Source: Hemiscyllium ocellatum
Taxonomy: Eukaryota
Assembly (NCBI RefSeq): GCF_020745735.1
Contig: NC_083442.1
Coordinates: forward strand, 8,620,576-8,684,575
DNA: 64,000 bases
Reading direction: 5' to 3'
In this document: positions 63,606-64,000 of the stretch, piece by piece
Layout: each line of letters starts with the position of its first letter
Position numbering within the stretch: the first letter of the stretch is position 1
Made by a program: the position numbers and the translations under genes
The notes under the pieces: model-generated
Databases searched by the model: none
Told to the model about the DNA's origin: nothing
The model's input: only the letters and a program-made list of their open reading frames with translations

Positions 63606-64000
63606 CTAGGCACAGTGCTGCTGGAAATCAGAAACAAAACAGATATTGCTGGAAATTCCCAACGGAGAGAAATCAGAGTGAATCAGGTCCAGTGAGCCTT
63701 CCTCACTTATCAATGCAAGGCAGAATGTTCTCTCTGGGAAGAAGGTCACTGCAGCAGCAGCACAGGCAGGAGCTGAGCACTGGGACGGGGAGGATGGCTG
63801 TCACAGCTGACCTCACACCAACTGTCTGGAAGTTGAAACTTCTAATTTACAGTTATCTGAATTTCGAGGCCTCTGAAAAATGGAGGACCATTAACGTTCA
63901 GAGACTTTGGAGTGTTACACCTGAGTATTTACGTAAATATGATTTGTGAAATGAACAAATACTCTTTAACTTTAATAACTATCAAACTGACACACAGTTC

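Noticed and set aside
63611-63642. RSS-like CACAGTG followed by an A-rich stretch in the J-C intron
   Set aside because: With a 12-nt spacer the nonamer is AGAAACAAA (5/9 match); the better ACAAAACAG needs a 16-nt spacer. No D or J coding segment is adjacent.
63600-64000. JH segment
   Set aside because: I found no WGxG-coding sequence or J-type donor on the minus strand.

Overview
Eukaryotic genomic DNA from a cartilaginous fish. An orectolobiform shark is my inference, from IgM similarity and the HE1-type SINE/CR1 repeat set. The right third holds the complete constant region of one IgM heavy-chain cluster on the minus strand. Its exons are CH1 (62444-62749), CH2 (55041-55352), CH3 (52616-52921), CH4 plus secretory tailpiece (51773-52164), TM1 (48485-48612) and TM2 (48337-48345). 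All have GT/AG boundaries, compatible phases and separate secretory and membrane poly(A) signals. V, D and J are not in the window and should lie beyond position 64000. The rest is largely repeats: several CR1 LINE subfamilies, tRNA-derived V-SINEs, three families of Penelope-like elements carrying hammerhead-ribozyme cores, a Gypsy fragment and a DeuSINE. The main unexplained structure is a tandem array at about 25.3-33.2 kb of at least six strongly diverged, decayed copies of one plus-strand protein-coding unit that I cannot assign to a family; weaker candidate copies occur at 21-24 kb. Other notable structures are a 6.2-kb inverted Penelope insertion with a candidate 9-bp TSD and an inverted duplicate of an IgM intron segment 10 kb away. 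Repeat boundaries were read by eye and are approximate.
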